Source: Bacteroidota bacterium (lineage in GTDB: Bacteria; Bacteroidota; Bacteroidia; M30B66). From it: 64,000 nt of DNA. The translations under genes and the position numbers were made by a program. The notes below the pieces were generated by a model. That model saw only the letters and a list, made by a program, of their open reading frames with translations, was not told the DNA's origin and did no database searches. The stretch covers positions 1,304 through 65,303 of the forward strand of contig JAIXYK010000006.1 in the NCBI GenBank assembly GCA_027490225.1, written 5' to 3'. Below are positions 1-10,333 of the stretch, piece by piece; the stretch's first letter is position 1; each line of letters starts with the position of its first letter.

Positions 1-1419
1 TGGCCATGAAATAACTACAGAATCAATAGTTGTTGAAGAGCCTAAACCAAAATGCAATTGAGAAGAATAAACAGTTCCATAACTTTCGCCTGCTCTTACT
101 TCTCTCATTTGAACTCCCCAAGGACCATAAATCATTGCTCTTGCGCCAATTGCTCCTTGGTTACTTACTGTTCCTCTTAAATCTAGTGTGAAAAAATGAT
201 TGTTGTTAGCCGTATTATTTATCCAAACAATATCATCAACATTGGTAGGTGTTGTATAAATATTAGCATAGCTAGCATAAATATCAATTTTCCCATCATG
301 ATTTAAGTCGCCCATTGAGTAAGACTCCATATTACTGCTGTTAAACAATCCTTCTATCTTCGTAAAAGTGTTGTCTCCATTATTATGAAAAAAACGTGAA
401 TCAGTACCAGTTATAAATATGTCTACAAATCCATCATTGTCAAAATCTTCAAACCCTGATTGAATTGGAGTTATATCCGCAATATTAAAACCTGTTGTTG
501 CAGTAATTTCAGTATAGTTACCAGTTCCATCATTTTCAAAAATCTGGCTTGCATGGTCATGGTTTGTTAATAACAAATCCAAATCTGCATCATTATCAAT
601 ATCTCCAAAAGATGCTGTCCAAGTTTGCCATGCTATGTTAATTCCATAAGCAGCAGCATTTTCAGTATACGTTCCATCACCATTATTCACAAACATCACA
701 TTCACACGACGAGGGTCTGAACCATCAGAGGTTGTAGAACTTTGGCGGCATTTAGCAATGTATAAATCCATATCACCATCATTATCAAAATCTGTGAAAA
801 CACTGCCGTAATTTCCTGAATCTCTTGGGTCTCCTCCAATATTTCCTGGGTTAATTGTAAAGTTTATAATATTAGATTCAGCAAGTACGCCAGTTCCATC
901 GTTTAAGTAAATTCTAGAAGGACCATTGTCATCACATAAAAAAACATCTGCCCAGCCATCGTTATTAAAATCTCCTGCAGTAGCATTCTGTAAAAAGAAA
1001 TTTGAGTTTGGTAATGTTGTAATAGTACCAGCAGTTCCCGCGTTGTTTGTCATTAAAACTTTTACACCTGAACTATTTCCACCTGCAACAATATCTTTGA
1101 ATCCGTTATGGTCAAAATCAGCAACACACATTCCCCAAGCCCATCCTGAATTATTAGAAAAACTACCTAAAGAAATGGTCTGATAAGTTTGATTTGTCTT
1201 TTGCACTTCAACAAAAGCTGCTCTACCTTGACTCAATCTGATAATATCGTCAAGACCGTCGTTATTCCAATCAATAACAGTAACAGGACATCCACTATGA
1301 AAAGCAGGCGTATTTAATCTGTTGTTGGCATTAATAAAATTAACCTGTGCATCCACAGAACTTGCTGATAGCACATTCAACAGCGCTGCTCCTGCAAGAA
1401 TTAGTAGTTTTCTATTCAT
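1..1419 (-). CDS. FG-GAP/VCBS-repeat protein with ASPIC/UnbV-like C-terminal region (CRTAC1-like). The N-terminus is in the window and the C-terminus runs off the window start.
   Basis: Hand translation of the minus strand from the ATG at 1419 (MNRKLLILAGAALLNVLSASS, a signal peptide) is open to position 1. It contains repeated DxDxDG-type FG-GAP motifs (DFDNDGDMDLY, DIDNDADLDLL, DFDNDGFVDIF) and the UnbV-like motif RAGESYGTVYSSQLHFGLG. The ORF track does not list it because no stop codon lies in the window. Confidence 0.7.
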   Translation of the reverse strand, partial: MNRKLLILAGAALLNVLSASSVDAQVNFINANNRLNTPAFHSGCPVTVIDWNNDGLDDIIRLSQGRAAFVEVQKTNQTYQTISLGSFSNNSGWAWGMCVADFDHNGFKDIVAGGNSSGVKVLMTNNAGTAGTITTLPNSNFFLQNATAGDFNNDGWADVFLCDDNGPSRIYLNDGTGVLAESNIINFTINPGNIGGDPRDSGNYGSVFTDFDNDGDMDLYIAKCRQSSTTSDGSDPRRVNVMFVNNGDGTYTENAAAYGINIAWQTWTASFGDIDNDADLDLLLTNHDHASQIFENDGTGNYTEITATTGFNIADITPIQSGFEDFDNDGFVDIFITGTDSRFFHNNGDNTFTKIEGLFNSSNMESYSMGDLNHDGKIDIYASYANIYTTPTNVDDIVWINNTANNNHFFTLDLRGTVSNQGAIGARAMIYGPWGVQMREVRAGESYGTVYSSQLHFGLGSSTTIDSVVISWP

Positions 1420-1477
1420 AGTTTGTTTGTGTTTTGTGAGGTATTATTTTTCAAATATCGTAATTATTCTTTATTAT

Positions 1478-3415
1478 TTATTTTAAAATTAACTTTCTGA
1501 TTTCCTTTCTTTTATCGGTTGAAATAGAAACAAAAACAATTCCTTGGTATTGCTGGGTATTTAATTCCCAGCAATTAGCAGATTTTCTAAAGAATGTTGA
1601 CTTTAGCTTTTTCCCATCTGCTTGAAAAACTTCAATTTCAGTTATTTTATCTACCCCATTAATAAAAATGGATTCCAAAGAATTAGCAGGGTTTGGGAAA
1701 ATCGAAAGCTTGCTCTCTTTTTTAATATTGCCTGCAGCCAAAGGAATAAAAACACTTTGTAAGGTATCATCTGCCACTAAAAAAGGTGTATGGTCTGCAT
1801 TGTCGTACATACTCAAAAATGTCTGAATTTCTGGTGCCGACAAAGTTCTCATTTCACCCAAAAAAGCAGGAGGTACCGCCTGATAATAAACCTTTACACT
1901 CGCATTTACCCTTTGCGTAAGCAAACTATATGGAAAATGAAAATGTAATATGTCTTTTCCTGTACCTTCAGCAACGCCATTTTTATTAAAATCTGGGTCA
2001 GTTAGAGCCGCTCCAACAATTCTAACTGTATCATATGTAGAATGTGTGGTTGTAAAACCTGCTGGCGGTAACCTGTTATCGATGATATATTCATCTGCCC
2101 TTTCCAAAATTGTAGTTAAATCTCCATTAACATCTGCCATCATCATCTCATACACCTGCACTTGTTCCTCACTATTTATTACGTTGTGATGCCCTTCATT
2201 CACACCAGAATAATTCAAAATATGGCCAGATTGATCAAACAATCCACTTGCAAATAATGTATCTCCAGCCTCTGATGTCAAAATAAATTGAACAAACGCT
2301 TTTCTCGCAGGATAACCACTTGGAAATTTATGACCAGCTTTATTTGTAAGTGTTACATCAAAAGAAACTGAATCTTCTAAAAATATAGGACTTGCAATTT
2401 CCGCTTTTAATGTATTTCTTCTTAACTGACGGGTGGTTGCTGCTAAAGTTGAATCGAAATTGGCATCGTTTGCAGTTATACCTAATTCACCTTTATTTTC
2501 TTTCATTAACTTAATCATGAAAGTATTAGCACCAGCAAATGTATGTAAGTTAAATGGTGAGCGTCCTGGTAGAGAAGCCGTTCCAACAGCAATTTTTACA
2601 GGATCTTCAATTTGAGGCATGTGACAATTCTGGCAAGGTCTGCTTTGAGCTGGATAAATTGAATTTAGCCATTCATGATAAGTGGCTTGCTCAACAAAGG
2701 TATTTCCAGTTTCATTGCCTTCTAGGTCTACGGTATTGGAAATTAGTGTATGGCAAGGTGAACAAAAGCTTCCTTCGCTTACATGTGTGCTGTATGTTGG
2801 GGTAAAGTTTATATATAATTGCATTGGTCCAGCCATTGGATTTTGAAATGGGCCATAAGCTTTGCGTGTGGTATCGTATGGAATGTTTCCTGTGAAGGTG
2901 GTTCCAATTCCGTTCGGACCAATTGCATGACAGCCCAAACAACCAACACCTGATAATCCTAAAGAATCTGTTTGTAAATCGTTTAAAGTATAATGATCTG
3001 CTCCTCTGTAAAATGCATTGTAATGTCCCATGGGTGCATGGCAGGAAGTGCATAATGATTGCAACTCATTTGCGTGGGCTGGATTTACCATCACTTCTTG
3101 CCTAACCTTTGCTCTCCATAAAGGATCCATTCCAGCTAATCCCATCATAGAAGTTTCCCAATCGTCGTATAAATTTATATCAACTCCTCCCAACGTAACA
3201 TTGGCGATGCCTAATGGGTCTCTACCATGACAACCTTTGCAGCGAGTAGCTGGTAAAAAAATGGCATTGGTGTCTAAAATCCTTTCGTGTTTCTGAATTA
3301 AATCAGCAATATAAAGTGCCCCAGGCTTATTAAATTGCTCTTCCCTACCCTTTAGAGAAGCACCAAAAACAATCAACAACACAAGAATTCCTGTTACTAG
3401 TAAAGTCTTCTTCAC
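1478..3415 (-). CDS. Secreted multiheme c-type cytochrome (five CXXCH motifs) with a T9SS type-A C-terminal sorting domain.
   Basis: The 645-aa ORF has an N-terminal signal peptide. Its heme-binding motifs are CKGCH, CTSCH, CLGCH, CSPCH and CQNCH. The C-terminus (SIFPNPANSLESIFINGV...GIVFVSI...KLILK) matches the Por_Secre_tail pattern. Confidence 0.75.
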   Translation of the reverse strand: MKKTLLVTGILVLLIVFGASLKGREEQFNKPGALYIADLIQKHERILDTNAIFLPATRCKGCHGRDPLGIANVTLGGVDINLYDDWETSMMGLAGMDPLWRAKVRQEVMVNPAHANELQSLCTSCHAPMGHYNAFYRGADHYTLNDLQTDSLGLSGVGCLGCHAIGPNGIGTTFTGNIPYDTTRKAYGPFQNPMAGPMQLYINFTPTYSTHVSEGSFCSPCHTLISNTVDLEGNETGNTFVEQATYHEWLNSIYPAQSRPCQNCHMPQIEDPVKIAVGTASLPGRSPFNLHTFAGANTFMIKLMKENKGELGITANDANFDSTLAATTRQLRRNTLKAEIASPIFLEDSVSFDVTLTNKAGHKFPSGYPARKAFVQFILTSEAGDTLFASGLFDQSGHILNYSGVNEGHHNVINSEEQVQVYEMMMADVNGDLTTILERADEYIIDNRLPPAGFTTTHSTYDTVRIVGAALTDPDFNKNGVAEGTGKDILHFHFPYSLLTQRVNASVKVYYQAVPPAFLGEMRTLSAPEIQTFLSMYDNADHTPFLVADDTLQSVFIPLAAGNIKKESKLSIFPNPANSLESIFINGVDKITEIEVFQADGKKLKSTFFRKSANCWELNTQQYQGIVFVSISTDKRKEIRKLILK

Positions 3416-3631
3416 AAATTTCCGATGGTTTTCTTAAATAATTATCAAAATTTATAGCAGTTTGTAGCGCCTTGATATTGATTTGGTAAAAATAGATGAA
3501 TAGATTCAGATATCAAAATTAGACAACATGATAATGTTAAAAAATCGAGGAGTAACGCAAATTTCATCTATTACTAAGCATTAACTTCGCACAAAATTTC
3601 CAATCTTAAAAGGTTTGGCAAAATATCTAAA

Positions 3632-5398
3632 ATGCTAAGAACACATAATTGTGGCGAATTACGCCCAGCACACATCAATACCACTGTTACACTTTGCGGT
3701 TGGGTTTCTATTTCTCGCGATTTGGGAGGTTTAACTTTTGTTGTTATTCGCGATCGTTTTGGAATTACACAATTGCGCTTTAACATGGACGAAAATAAAG
3801 CTCTCTGCGAACAAGCTCGTAAATTGGGTCGAGAATTCGTAATCCAAGCCACCGGATTAGTAGAAGAACGCACAGCTAAAAATTTAAATATTCCTACAGG
3901 CGAAATAGAAATTAAAGTTAGTCAGCTCACTATTCTTAATACTTCTAAAACTCCTCCTTTCACTATCGAAGATGAAACCGACGGTGGCGACGATTTGAGA
4001 ATGCGTTACCGCTACTTAGATTTGCGCAGAAACATCGTACGTAAAAACTTAGAATTGCGCCACAACCTGGCAAAATACATCCGCAATTATCTCGACGAAG
4101 CAGGTTTCTTAGAAGTGGAAACTCCTGTATTGATTAAATCTACACCCGAAGGAGCCCGCGATTTTGTTGTGCCTTCTCGTATGAATCCTGGAGAATTTTA
4201 TGCATTGCCGCAAAGCCCCCAAACTTTCAAACAAATATTAATGGTAGCTGGTTTCGACCGCTATTTTCAAATTGTGAAATGCTTCCGCGACGAAGATTTA
4301 CGTGCCGACCGTCAACCAGAATTTACCCAAATAGACTGTGAATTGTCATTCATCGAACAAGAAGATATCCTAAACATCTTCGAAGGTTTGGTTCGTTTTC
4401 TTTTTGAAAAAGTTAAAGGCATCGACATCCTTTCTTTTCCTCGCATGACTTACGATGAAGCCATGGAAAAGTACGGTAGCGATAAGCCCGATATTCGTTT
4501 CGGAATGGAATTCTGCGATTTAACCGCCCAAACAAGAAATTCGGGATTCGCCATTTTTGACAATGCCGAATATGTTGCTGGTATTGCAGTTCCAGGTGCA
4601 AGTGAGTTTACAAGAAAACAGGTTGATGAATATACAGATTATGTAAAACGACCGCAAATTGGTGCTTCCGGATTAATATATGTGCGCTGGGGAACTGATG
4701 GAAGTATAAAATCTTCGGTAGACAAATTTTTCTCCCCAGAGCAACTTCAAACTTGGTTACAGGCTGCAGGAGCAAAACAAGGTGATATGCTCATGGTATT
4801 GTGCGGCGTTAAAACAAAAACACAAAAAGCCCTCAATGAATTGCGTTTAGAATTAGGCAATAAATTGGGCTTAAGACCAAAAGATACATTTGCCCCACTT
4901 TGGGTGCTCGATTTCCCACTATTAGAATGGGACGAAGAAAATGCGCGCTGGCATGCCATGCACCATCCTTTTACTTCACCAAAACCTGATGATTTAAAAT
5001 TAATAGAAACTGACCCGGGAGCAGTTCGTGCCAACGCATACGATTTAGTAATAAACGGTGTTGAAATTGGCGGAGGTTCTATTCGAATTTTCGACAAAGC
5101 GTTGCAAAAAAGAATGTTTAGCCTATTAGGATTTTCAGATGAAGCGGCACAAGCCCAATTCGGATTTTTAATGAACGCGTTCGAATTCGGAGCTCCTCCA
5201 CATGGTGGTATTGCACTGGGCTTCGACCGTTTATGCTCAATGTTTGGTGGTGCAGATTCAATTCGCGACTTTATAGCTTTCCCAAAAAACAATTCTGGCC
5301 GCGATATGATGATTGACGCACCTTCTGCTATTGACGAAGCCCAATTAAAAGAGTTGAACATTGCCTTAAACCTAAAACATGGTACGCCAACAAATTAA
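3632..5398 (+). CDS. aspS: Aspartate--tRNA ligase
   Basis: The 588-aa ORF has a class II aaRS / AspRS signature ([10 protein letters not shown], the anticodon-binding OB fold, [18 protein letters not shown], and the GGGSIRI motif 3). Confidence 0.95.
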   Translation: MLRTHNCGELRPAHINTTVTLCGWVSISRDLGGLTFVVIRDRFGITQLRFNMDENKALCEQARKLGREFVIQATGLVEERTAKNLNIPTGEIEIKVSQLTILNTSKTPPFTIEDETDGGDDLRMRYRYLDLRRNIVRKNLELRHNLAKYIRNYLDEAGFLEVETPVLIKSTPEGARDFVVPSRMNPGEFYALPQSPQTFKQILMVAGFDRYFQIVKCFRDEDLRADRQPEFTQIDCELSFIEQEDILNIFEGLVRFLFEKVKGIDILSFPRMTYDEAMEKYGSDKPDIRFGMEFCDLTAQTRNSGFAIFDNAEYVAGIAVPGASEFTRKQVDEYTDYVKRPQIGASGLIYVRWGTDGSIKSSVDKFFSPEQLQTWLQAAGAKQGDMLMVLCGVKTKTQKALNELRLELGNKLGLRPKDTFAPLWVLDFPLLEWDEENARWHAMHHPFTSPKPDDLKLIETDPGAVRANAYDLVINGVEIGGGSIRIFDKALQKRMFSLLGFSDEAAQAQFGFLMNAFEFGAPPHGGIALGFDRLCSMFGGADSIRDFIAFPKNNSGRDMMIDAPSAIDEAQLKELNIALNLKHGTPTN

Positions 5399-5960
5399 AT
5401 TCCTAGTATTTTTCTTTTTAGTTGTGGCAAATTTACCTGCTATAAACGCACAAAGAAGACATACATACGCTTTTGAAAAAAATATCGTATTACTAGATTT
5501 TACCTCTAGTTTGGGTCATTACAAGGAGCGAGATTTTGTATCTCAACGCATTCCGCTTTTTGTAGGTGCCGATATTGCCGTTTCAGAACAATTAGGTTTT
5601 GGTATTTACGGAGGCTGGAGTCAACGCACACGCAAACCAGCAGGTTATCCACCTTACGATATTAACTATTATTATTATGGTGCACGGTTTAGTTGGCATT
5701 TCACCAAGTGGCTGAGCGACAACACTCCCATTAAACTAGACCGTAGAAATGTAGATACCTATGCCACCATTTGGGGAGGAAGAAACCTAGCCAAAACAAT
5801 CGGCTTTAGCCTTGGGGCTTCTGCAGGAAATGGAACAGTAAATCAAATTGGTGCTTTTATCGGTGCCCGCATTTATACCATGTACCGCGTTGGCGTTTTG
5901 GTGGAACTAGGCGCCGGACCTTTTGGCGTGATGAATTTAGGTGTTTGTGTGAAAATTTAG
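5379..5960 (+). CDS. Hypothetical secreted protein, possibly a small outer-membrane beta-barrel
   Basis: The 193-aa ORF has a clear signal peptide ([25 protein letters not shown]). The body is rich in Gly and aromatic residues with alternating hydrophobics. No family was recognised. Confidence 0.4.
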   Translation: MVRQQIKFLVFFFLVVANLPAINAQRRHTYAFEKNIVLLDFTSSLGHYKERDFVSQRIPLFVGADIAVSEQLGFGIYGGWSQRTRKPAGYPPYDINYYYYGARFSWHFTKWLSDNTPIKLDRRNVDTYATIWGGRNLAKTIGFSLGASAGNGTVNQIGAFIGARIYTMYRVGVLVELGAGPFGVMNLGVCVKI

Positions 5961-5974
5961 CGGCAAAGTTGTGA

Positions 5975-6330
5975 TGCATCGTGACTCTGGTATTTGGGCG
6001 CATCCCTGCGGGCCGCGTCTTCGGCTATAGTTGCCTCCTTCGTCAGCAAGCTATTTGCCTCACCCACTTGCGCGGGCTTTTTAGGAGATTAGATGCATTG
6101 TACCGAACGGTGAAGCATAACTTTAAGTGCAGCTTTTGTTACAATAATGTCACCCCTTCGGGGTTGGCACGGAGGTAAAAATGTAGGCACTATGGCTCTG
6201 AATTTTGCATAACGATGAAAGGGGCAAATATTGACCAATATATAACTTACAGCTGCGCCAACGATTGAGACAACTACCGCCCGACGCAGGAGGGAGTAGT
6301 GGCGAAAGCGTGTCTGGCGCCCAAATTATT
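5975..6330 (+). ncRNA. Candidate structured RNA gene of unknown family (~350 nt, GC-rich). It does not match RNase P or tmRNA consensus motifs.
   Basis: Local GC is about 55% against roughly 35% in the flanks. A perfect 10-bp terminal helix joins AUUUGGGCGC (~5992-6001) and GCGCCCAAAU (~6318-6327). Internal hairpins are capped by UUCG tetraloops, for example CCCC-UUCG-GGGG at ~6153-6164 and GCCG..UCUUCGGC. There is no credible ORF; the 65-aa frame at 5981-6178 is arginine-rich nonsense. Confidence 0.3.
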
Positions 6331-7624
6331 GTCTTATTTGCATCAAAACCATGCTTCTATCTTGCGCAAAAATGGTTTGTCCGTTAGAACCTCCCATAAT
6401 GCTTTGGTATACCAATCTATAGTAATACGTGCCTGCTGTTAAATTTAAATCGGGGAAAATGATATTGGTGCAGGATATTCCTGAACCCAAAACTACTGGA
6501 TTCACTAAGTTGTTTACACCACCTGCTAATCCATCTTCTACGCGGTAAACATTGCTTACATTGGTATTAAATGTAGCATCGGTACTACGCTGAACCCAAA
6601 TACTGTAGCGAAAACCATTGCTCAAGCTGCTGGCATTGTTGGTAGATTTTATGGTAATGTTGGCCATTACTAAAACTCCTTCTGTTTCTTGCGGAGCATC
6701 AGCAATTGTAATTGTTTGCAATGGAATGTCTAAAACTTCAGCATTGCCCGAAGAATTAGGCAATGTTTGCGCATACACCTGCGTGCAAACCGCACAATAA
6801 TTAGTTCCATTTTCTAACCACAAAGAAGCAGCGTTAGCAGTTCCTGCTCCGCCTAAAGCAACAGATGTTGGATCTACTATAGAACTTGTTCCTATAGTTT
6901 TTGATTGGCCAAATACAAGTGGACTTCCTGCCGTCCCAGTTCCCGCTGGACCTTGCGGACCTTGAATTCCCTGCGGACCAATTGGCCCCACAGCACCTTG
7001 CTGACCTGCAGGACCTTGTATTCCTTGCGGACCTGCGGGACCTATTGCTCCATCTGCACCTGCGACACCTTGTAAACCTGCTAATCCTTGTGGTCCAACA
7101 GGACCGATTGGTCCGACTTCTCCTTGTGGGCCTTGTTCGCCTTGCGGCCCCTGAATTCCAGGCTCTCCTTGAGGACCTTGCGGACCAGCTGGTCCAACAG
7201 TTCCTCCTCCGCCATTACCCGAAACATTTGCATAAAAAGCATAAGGTACACTAAGTAATTCACTCGCGCCAATATTGGTGTAATTTGTTCCACCTTGCGG
7301 GTCAATTTCAACCAAAACCCATTGATTGGCTGCACTCCATGGAATTGAAGAAAAATCTCCAGATAAAACTACTCCTGTTCCTATTTTTAATGAAAAAAGT
7401 CCAAATTGACTGGTAGTTGTTAATTGTCTTTCGGAATATAAGACTGCACCTGTTGCACTTCCACTTAAGATACTAATTCTTAAAGCTACATTTTGATTTA
7501 CAAAAACACCTCCTGCAGCATTTCGAGCTATTGCTTGATAATTAATAGCTTGCGGCACTTGCGCATACATTTTAAAACTATAGAAAAATAAAAGTATCAG
7601 TAATTTCGGGAAGAGTTTTCTCAT
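6326..7624 (-). CDS. Collagen triple-helix repeat protein (secreted)
   Basis: The 432-aa ORF has a signal peptide ([22 protein letters not shown]). A ~95-residue uninterrupted G-X-Y tract ([22 protein letters not shown]...) is flanked by non-collagenous N- and C-terminal domains. Confidence 0.8.
   Translation of the reverse strand: MRKLFPKLLILLFFYSFKMYAQVPQAINYQAIARNAAGGVFVNQNVALRISILSGSATGAVLYSERQLTTTSQFGLFSLKIGTGVVLSGDFSSIPWSAANQWVLVEIDPQGGTNYTNIGASELLSVPYAFYANVSGNGGGGTVGPAGPQGPQGEPGIQGPQGEQGPQGEVGPIGPVGPQGLAGLQGVAGADGAIGPAGPQGIQGPAGQQGAVGPIGPQGIQGPQGPAGTGTAGSPLVFGQSKTIGTSSIVDPTSVALGGAGTANAASLWLENGTNYCAVCTQVYAQTLPNSSGNAEVLDIPLQTITIADAPQETEGVLVMANITIKSTNNASSLSNGFRYSIWVQRSTDATFNTNVSNVYRVEDGLAGGVNNLVNPVVLGSGISCTNIIFPDLNLTAGTYYYRLVYQSIMGGSNGQTIFAQDRSMVLMQIRQ
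6929..7216 (-). repeat. 9-nt periodic (GXY)n coding repeat inside the collagen-like gene
   Basis: The nucleotide sequence is visibly periodic (ggaccttgcggaccttgaattccctgcggacca...). On the opposite strand this produces the spurious LADLQDL-type ORF at 6901-7254. Confidence 0.7.
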
Positions 7625-7751
7625 AGTAATTCAATATTCAATTAAAAATCAAATGTAAGGCATGCGTTTCTTAATTAATCTTGTTTTTTACCTTAGTATA
7701 AGTGCTTGAATCATTTGAAAAAACCATTCATTTTCAAATAATTTAACATTA

Positions 7752-8279
7752 CTATTTCGCCAAAATAATTTCTTGGGTACTTACCATATTACTTCTGTTT
7801 AAGGCTCTATCTAAAATAGTTACCTCATATTTTATTGTATCATAAGGCGAAAATGGATTGTTGGTAAACAATTCAAAATTCAAATCACCTTGTAACACTT
7901 TGTTTTGTCCTACGGGTGTTAAATAAGGAATCCGGCTATTGTTTGTAAGTGTATCACCTCCTGGTTCAATTGGAGGCAGCACAATCTTAATCCATTCTCC
8001 ATTTTGCTTTTCGAAATAATTAATGAAGAAATTAAAGTAAAACTTAGAACCATAATTAAACGGAGGAAAAGTATCAGATGGACTCAAACCCATATCGCCA
8101 TCACCATCTGTGAAAGCTAATCGCAAAACACCAGATGAGTCTTTATTTGAAGAATTCTTTATCTGATCAAAACCCACAAAAGTCAATGTTGGAATATGAC
8201 TAACCACTTCTTGTTTTTTACATCCATAAAAGAACATAATCAATAAAATAAACTTGAGTACTTTTGGAACCTGAAGCAT
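7752..8279 (-). CDS. Hypothetical lipoprotein
   Basis: The 175-aa ORF has a signal peptide with a lipobox-like FFYGC motif. No family was recognised. Confidence 0.45.
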   Translation of the reverse strand: MLQVPKVLKFILLIMFFYGCKKQEVVSHIPTLTFVGFDQIKNSSNKDSSGVLRLAFTDGDGDMGLSPSDTFPPFNYGSKFYFNFFINYFEKQNGEWIKIVLPPIEPGGDTLTNNSRIPYLTPVGQNKVLQGDLNFELFTNNPFSPYDTIKYEVTILDRALNRSNMVSTQEIILAK

Positions 8280-8297
8280 TGCCCAAATATAAAGGAA

Positions 8298-9296
8298 TTG
8301 AATCTACCTGCAAGAAACGATATTATTGAAAAAATATTCGCCATTAAAAATAAAAGCGAGTTCGAGGAATGTTGTTTGGCAGTATTTAATTATCAATTAA
8401 TGCACAATGAAGTTTATGCAGCATGGGTTGCAGCTTTGGGAATTAATGGCACAAGCGTAAAAAACATACTTGAAATTCCGTTTTTACCTATCTCATTTTT
8501 TAAAACTCACAAAGTAGTAGCTGCTGAATCTCCTTTTGATATTGAATTTAGCAGTTCAGGAACAACAGGAAACACTACTTCTAAACATTATGTAAAAGAT
8601 GTAGAAATCTATAAAAAGAGTTTCATACAAACGTTTGAAATGCAATATGGAAAAACCGAAGACTTAGTTATAATTGGTTTGTTACCATCTTATTTAGAAA
8701 GAGAAGGATCCTCACTCATATATATGTGTGAGCAATTAATTATAAAAAGTAGTAAAACCGAAAGTGGATTCTATTTGAACGAATTTGAAATGTTAAACAG
8801 CTTATTGCTTGAATTAAAAATGAGCAATCAAAAAACTATTTTGTTTGGTGTTGCTTACGCTTTATTGGATTTTGCAGAGACAAGTCCTCCTGCGTGGGAA
8901 AATCTCTATGTAATTGAAACTGGAGGAATGAAAGGAAGGAGAAAAGAAATGGTGAGAGAAGAATTACATGCTTGCATCAAAGAAAATTGGCATTTAATGC
9001 ATTTGCATTCAGAATATGGAATGACAGAATTACTCAGTCAGGCATATCTTGACGATGGAAATACTTTTAATTGCCCACCATGGATGCAAATAAGAATTAG
9101 AGATACTTCTGACCCTTTACATCTAATCGGAGCAAATCAAACTGGTGGCATCAATATTATTGATCTCGCGAATGTAGATTCATGCAGTTTTATCGCCACT
9201 CAAGACTTAGGAAAGATAATAAATGACGACAGATTTGAAGTTTTAGGGAGATTTGACCACTCAGATATCAGGGGATGCAATTTATTATTGCAATAA
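8298..9296 (+). CDS. LuxE-like acyl-protein synthetase / acyl-transferase family protein (adenylate-forming fold)
   Basis: The 332-aa ORF has a SSGTTGNTTSKH adenylation-type motif. Its N-terminus resembles Bacteroidetes 'acyl transferase' (LuxE family) proteins. The only in-frame start before the conserved N-terminus is TTG at 8298. Confidence 0.45.
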   Translation: MNLPARNDIIEKIFAIKNKSEFEECCLAVFNYQLMHNEVYAAWVAALGINGTSVKNILEIPFLPISFFKTHKVVAAESPFDIEFSSSGTTGNTTSKHYVKDVEIYKKSFIQTFEMQYGKTEDLVIIGLLPSYLEREGSSLIYMCEQLIIKSSKTESGFYLNEFEMLNSLLLELKMSNQKTILFGVAYALLDFAETSPPAWENLYVIETGGMKGRRKEMVREELHACIKENWHLMHLHSEYGMTELLSQAYLDDGNTFNCPPWMQIRIRDTSDPLHLIGANQTGGINIIDLANVDSCSFIATQDLGKIINDDRFEVLGRFDHSDIRGCNLLLQ

Positions 9297-9470
9297 TCGA
9301 TAATTTTATTTTGCTGATTTTCTGTATTTTACAATGATAACAGGGTGCAAAATTAAATGTTGATGTTATAGTTAAAAAAATGATTTGTATTAAATTTGTA
9401 CATAAAGATTAGATTACTATCTTTGCAGCCCGTTTGCAAAATTGCATACTATTTTTAAAACATCATTAAA

Positions 9471-9926
9471 GTGGATTCACTGAGTTATAAAACTGTTTCG
9501 GCAAATAAGGCTACTGTAACCAAAGATTGGATACTAATAGATGCCGAAAATCTTATTCTAGGCCGATTAAGTTCGCACGTTGCTATGATTATTCGTGGCA
9601 AATACAAGCCTTCTTACACACCTCACGTTGATTGTGGTGATAATGTAATTATTATCAATGCTGAAAAAGTTGTTCTTTCGGGTAATAAAACCGATGAGAA
9701 AGTTTACACGCATTACACTGGTTACCCAGGTGGACAAAGATTTGCAACTCCTCGCGAGTTGTTAACTAAAAAGCCACAAGCAATTATTGAAAAAGCTGTA
9801 AAAGGTATGTTACCAAAAACAAAACTTGGTAATGCAATTTTCAATAATTTATTTGTCTACTCAGGCAGCGAGCATCCTCATGCAGCTCAACAACCTAAAA
9901 AAATAAATATCAACGATCTTAGATAA
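9471..9926 (+). CDS. rplM: 50S ribosomal protein L13
   Basis: The N-terminus (M)DSLSYKTVSANKATVTKDWILIDAENLILGRL is typical of L13. The start codon is GTG at 9471. The stop overlaps the rpsI start (TAATG). Confidence 0.95.
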   Translation: MDSLSYKTVSANKATVTKDWILIDAENLILGRLSSHVAMIIRGKYKPSYTPHVDCGDNVIIINAEKVVLSGNKTDEKVYTHYTGYPGGQRFATPRELLTKKPQAIIEKAVKGMLPKTKLGNAIFNNLFVYSGSEHPHAAQQPKKININDLR

Positions 9927-10312
9927 TGGAAACAATTAACACAAGCGGAAGAAGAAAAACATCAGTTGCTCGCGTATACCTTTCTGCAGGTACGGGTAAA
10001 ATCACCATTAACAAAAAAGATCTTAACGATTATTTCACTGTTCCATCTCTTCAGGGAGCTGTGCATCAGCCTTTCACGCTTACGCAGCAAGAAGGTAAAT
10101 TCGATGTGAAAGCAAATCTTAATGGTGGAGGAATTACTGGTCAGGCGCATGCCTTAAGATTGGCAATTTCGAAAGCATTAGTTGAATTGGACGAAACTGT
10201 TAAACCTGTTCTTCGCGCTGCTGGATTAATGACACGTGACCCAAGAATGGTAGAACGTAAAAAACCAGGTCAGAAGAAAGCTCGTAAACGCTTCCAATTC
10301 AGTAAACGTTAA
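9926..10312 (+). CDS. rpsI: 30S ribosomal protein S9
   Basis: The 128-aa ORF has the basic S9 C-terminus (GQKKARKRFQFSKR). Confidence 0.95.
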   Translation: METINTSGRRKTSVARVYLSAGTGKITINKKDLNDYFTVPSLQGAVHQPFTLTQQEGKFDVKANLNGGGITGQAHALRLAISKALVELDETVKPVLRAAGLMTRDPRMVERKKPGQKKARKRFQFSKR

Positions 10313-10333
10313 TCATTCAAGGAAAGAAAAATT

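Noticed and set aside
926-1183. 85-aa plus-strand ORF
   Set aside because: It lies antisense within the well-supported minus-strand FG-GAP/UnbV gene and has no recognisable features.
5981-6178. 65-aa ORF inside the GC-rich element
   Set aside because: Its Arg/Leu-rich, low-complexity translation is consistent with reading through a GC-rich structured RNA. No start context or family was seen.
5975-6330. Calling the structured element RNase P RNA or tmRNA
   Set aside because: Neither strand has the universal RNase P P4 sequences (GGAAAGUCCGG and ACAGAACCCGGCUUA). For tmRNA there is no GGUUCGA T-loop, no 3' CCA-adjacent acceptor and no ...ALAA* tag ORF. Only weak similarity was seen, for example CCAUAG on the minus strand. 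It is kept only as an unassigned ncRNA candidate.
6901-7254. 117-aa plus-strand ORF (LADLQDL repeats)
   Set aside because: It is the antisense frame of the collagen (GXY)n repeat, a periodicity artefact.
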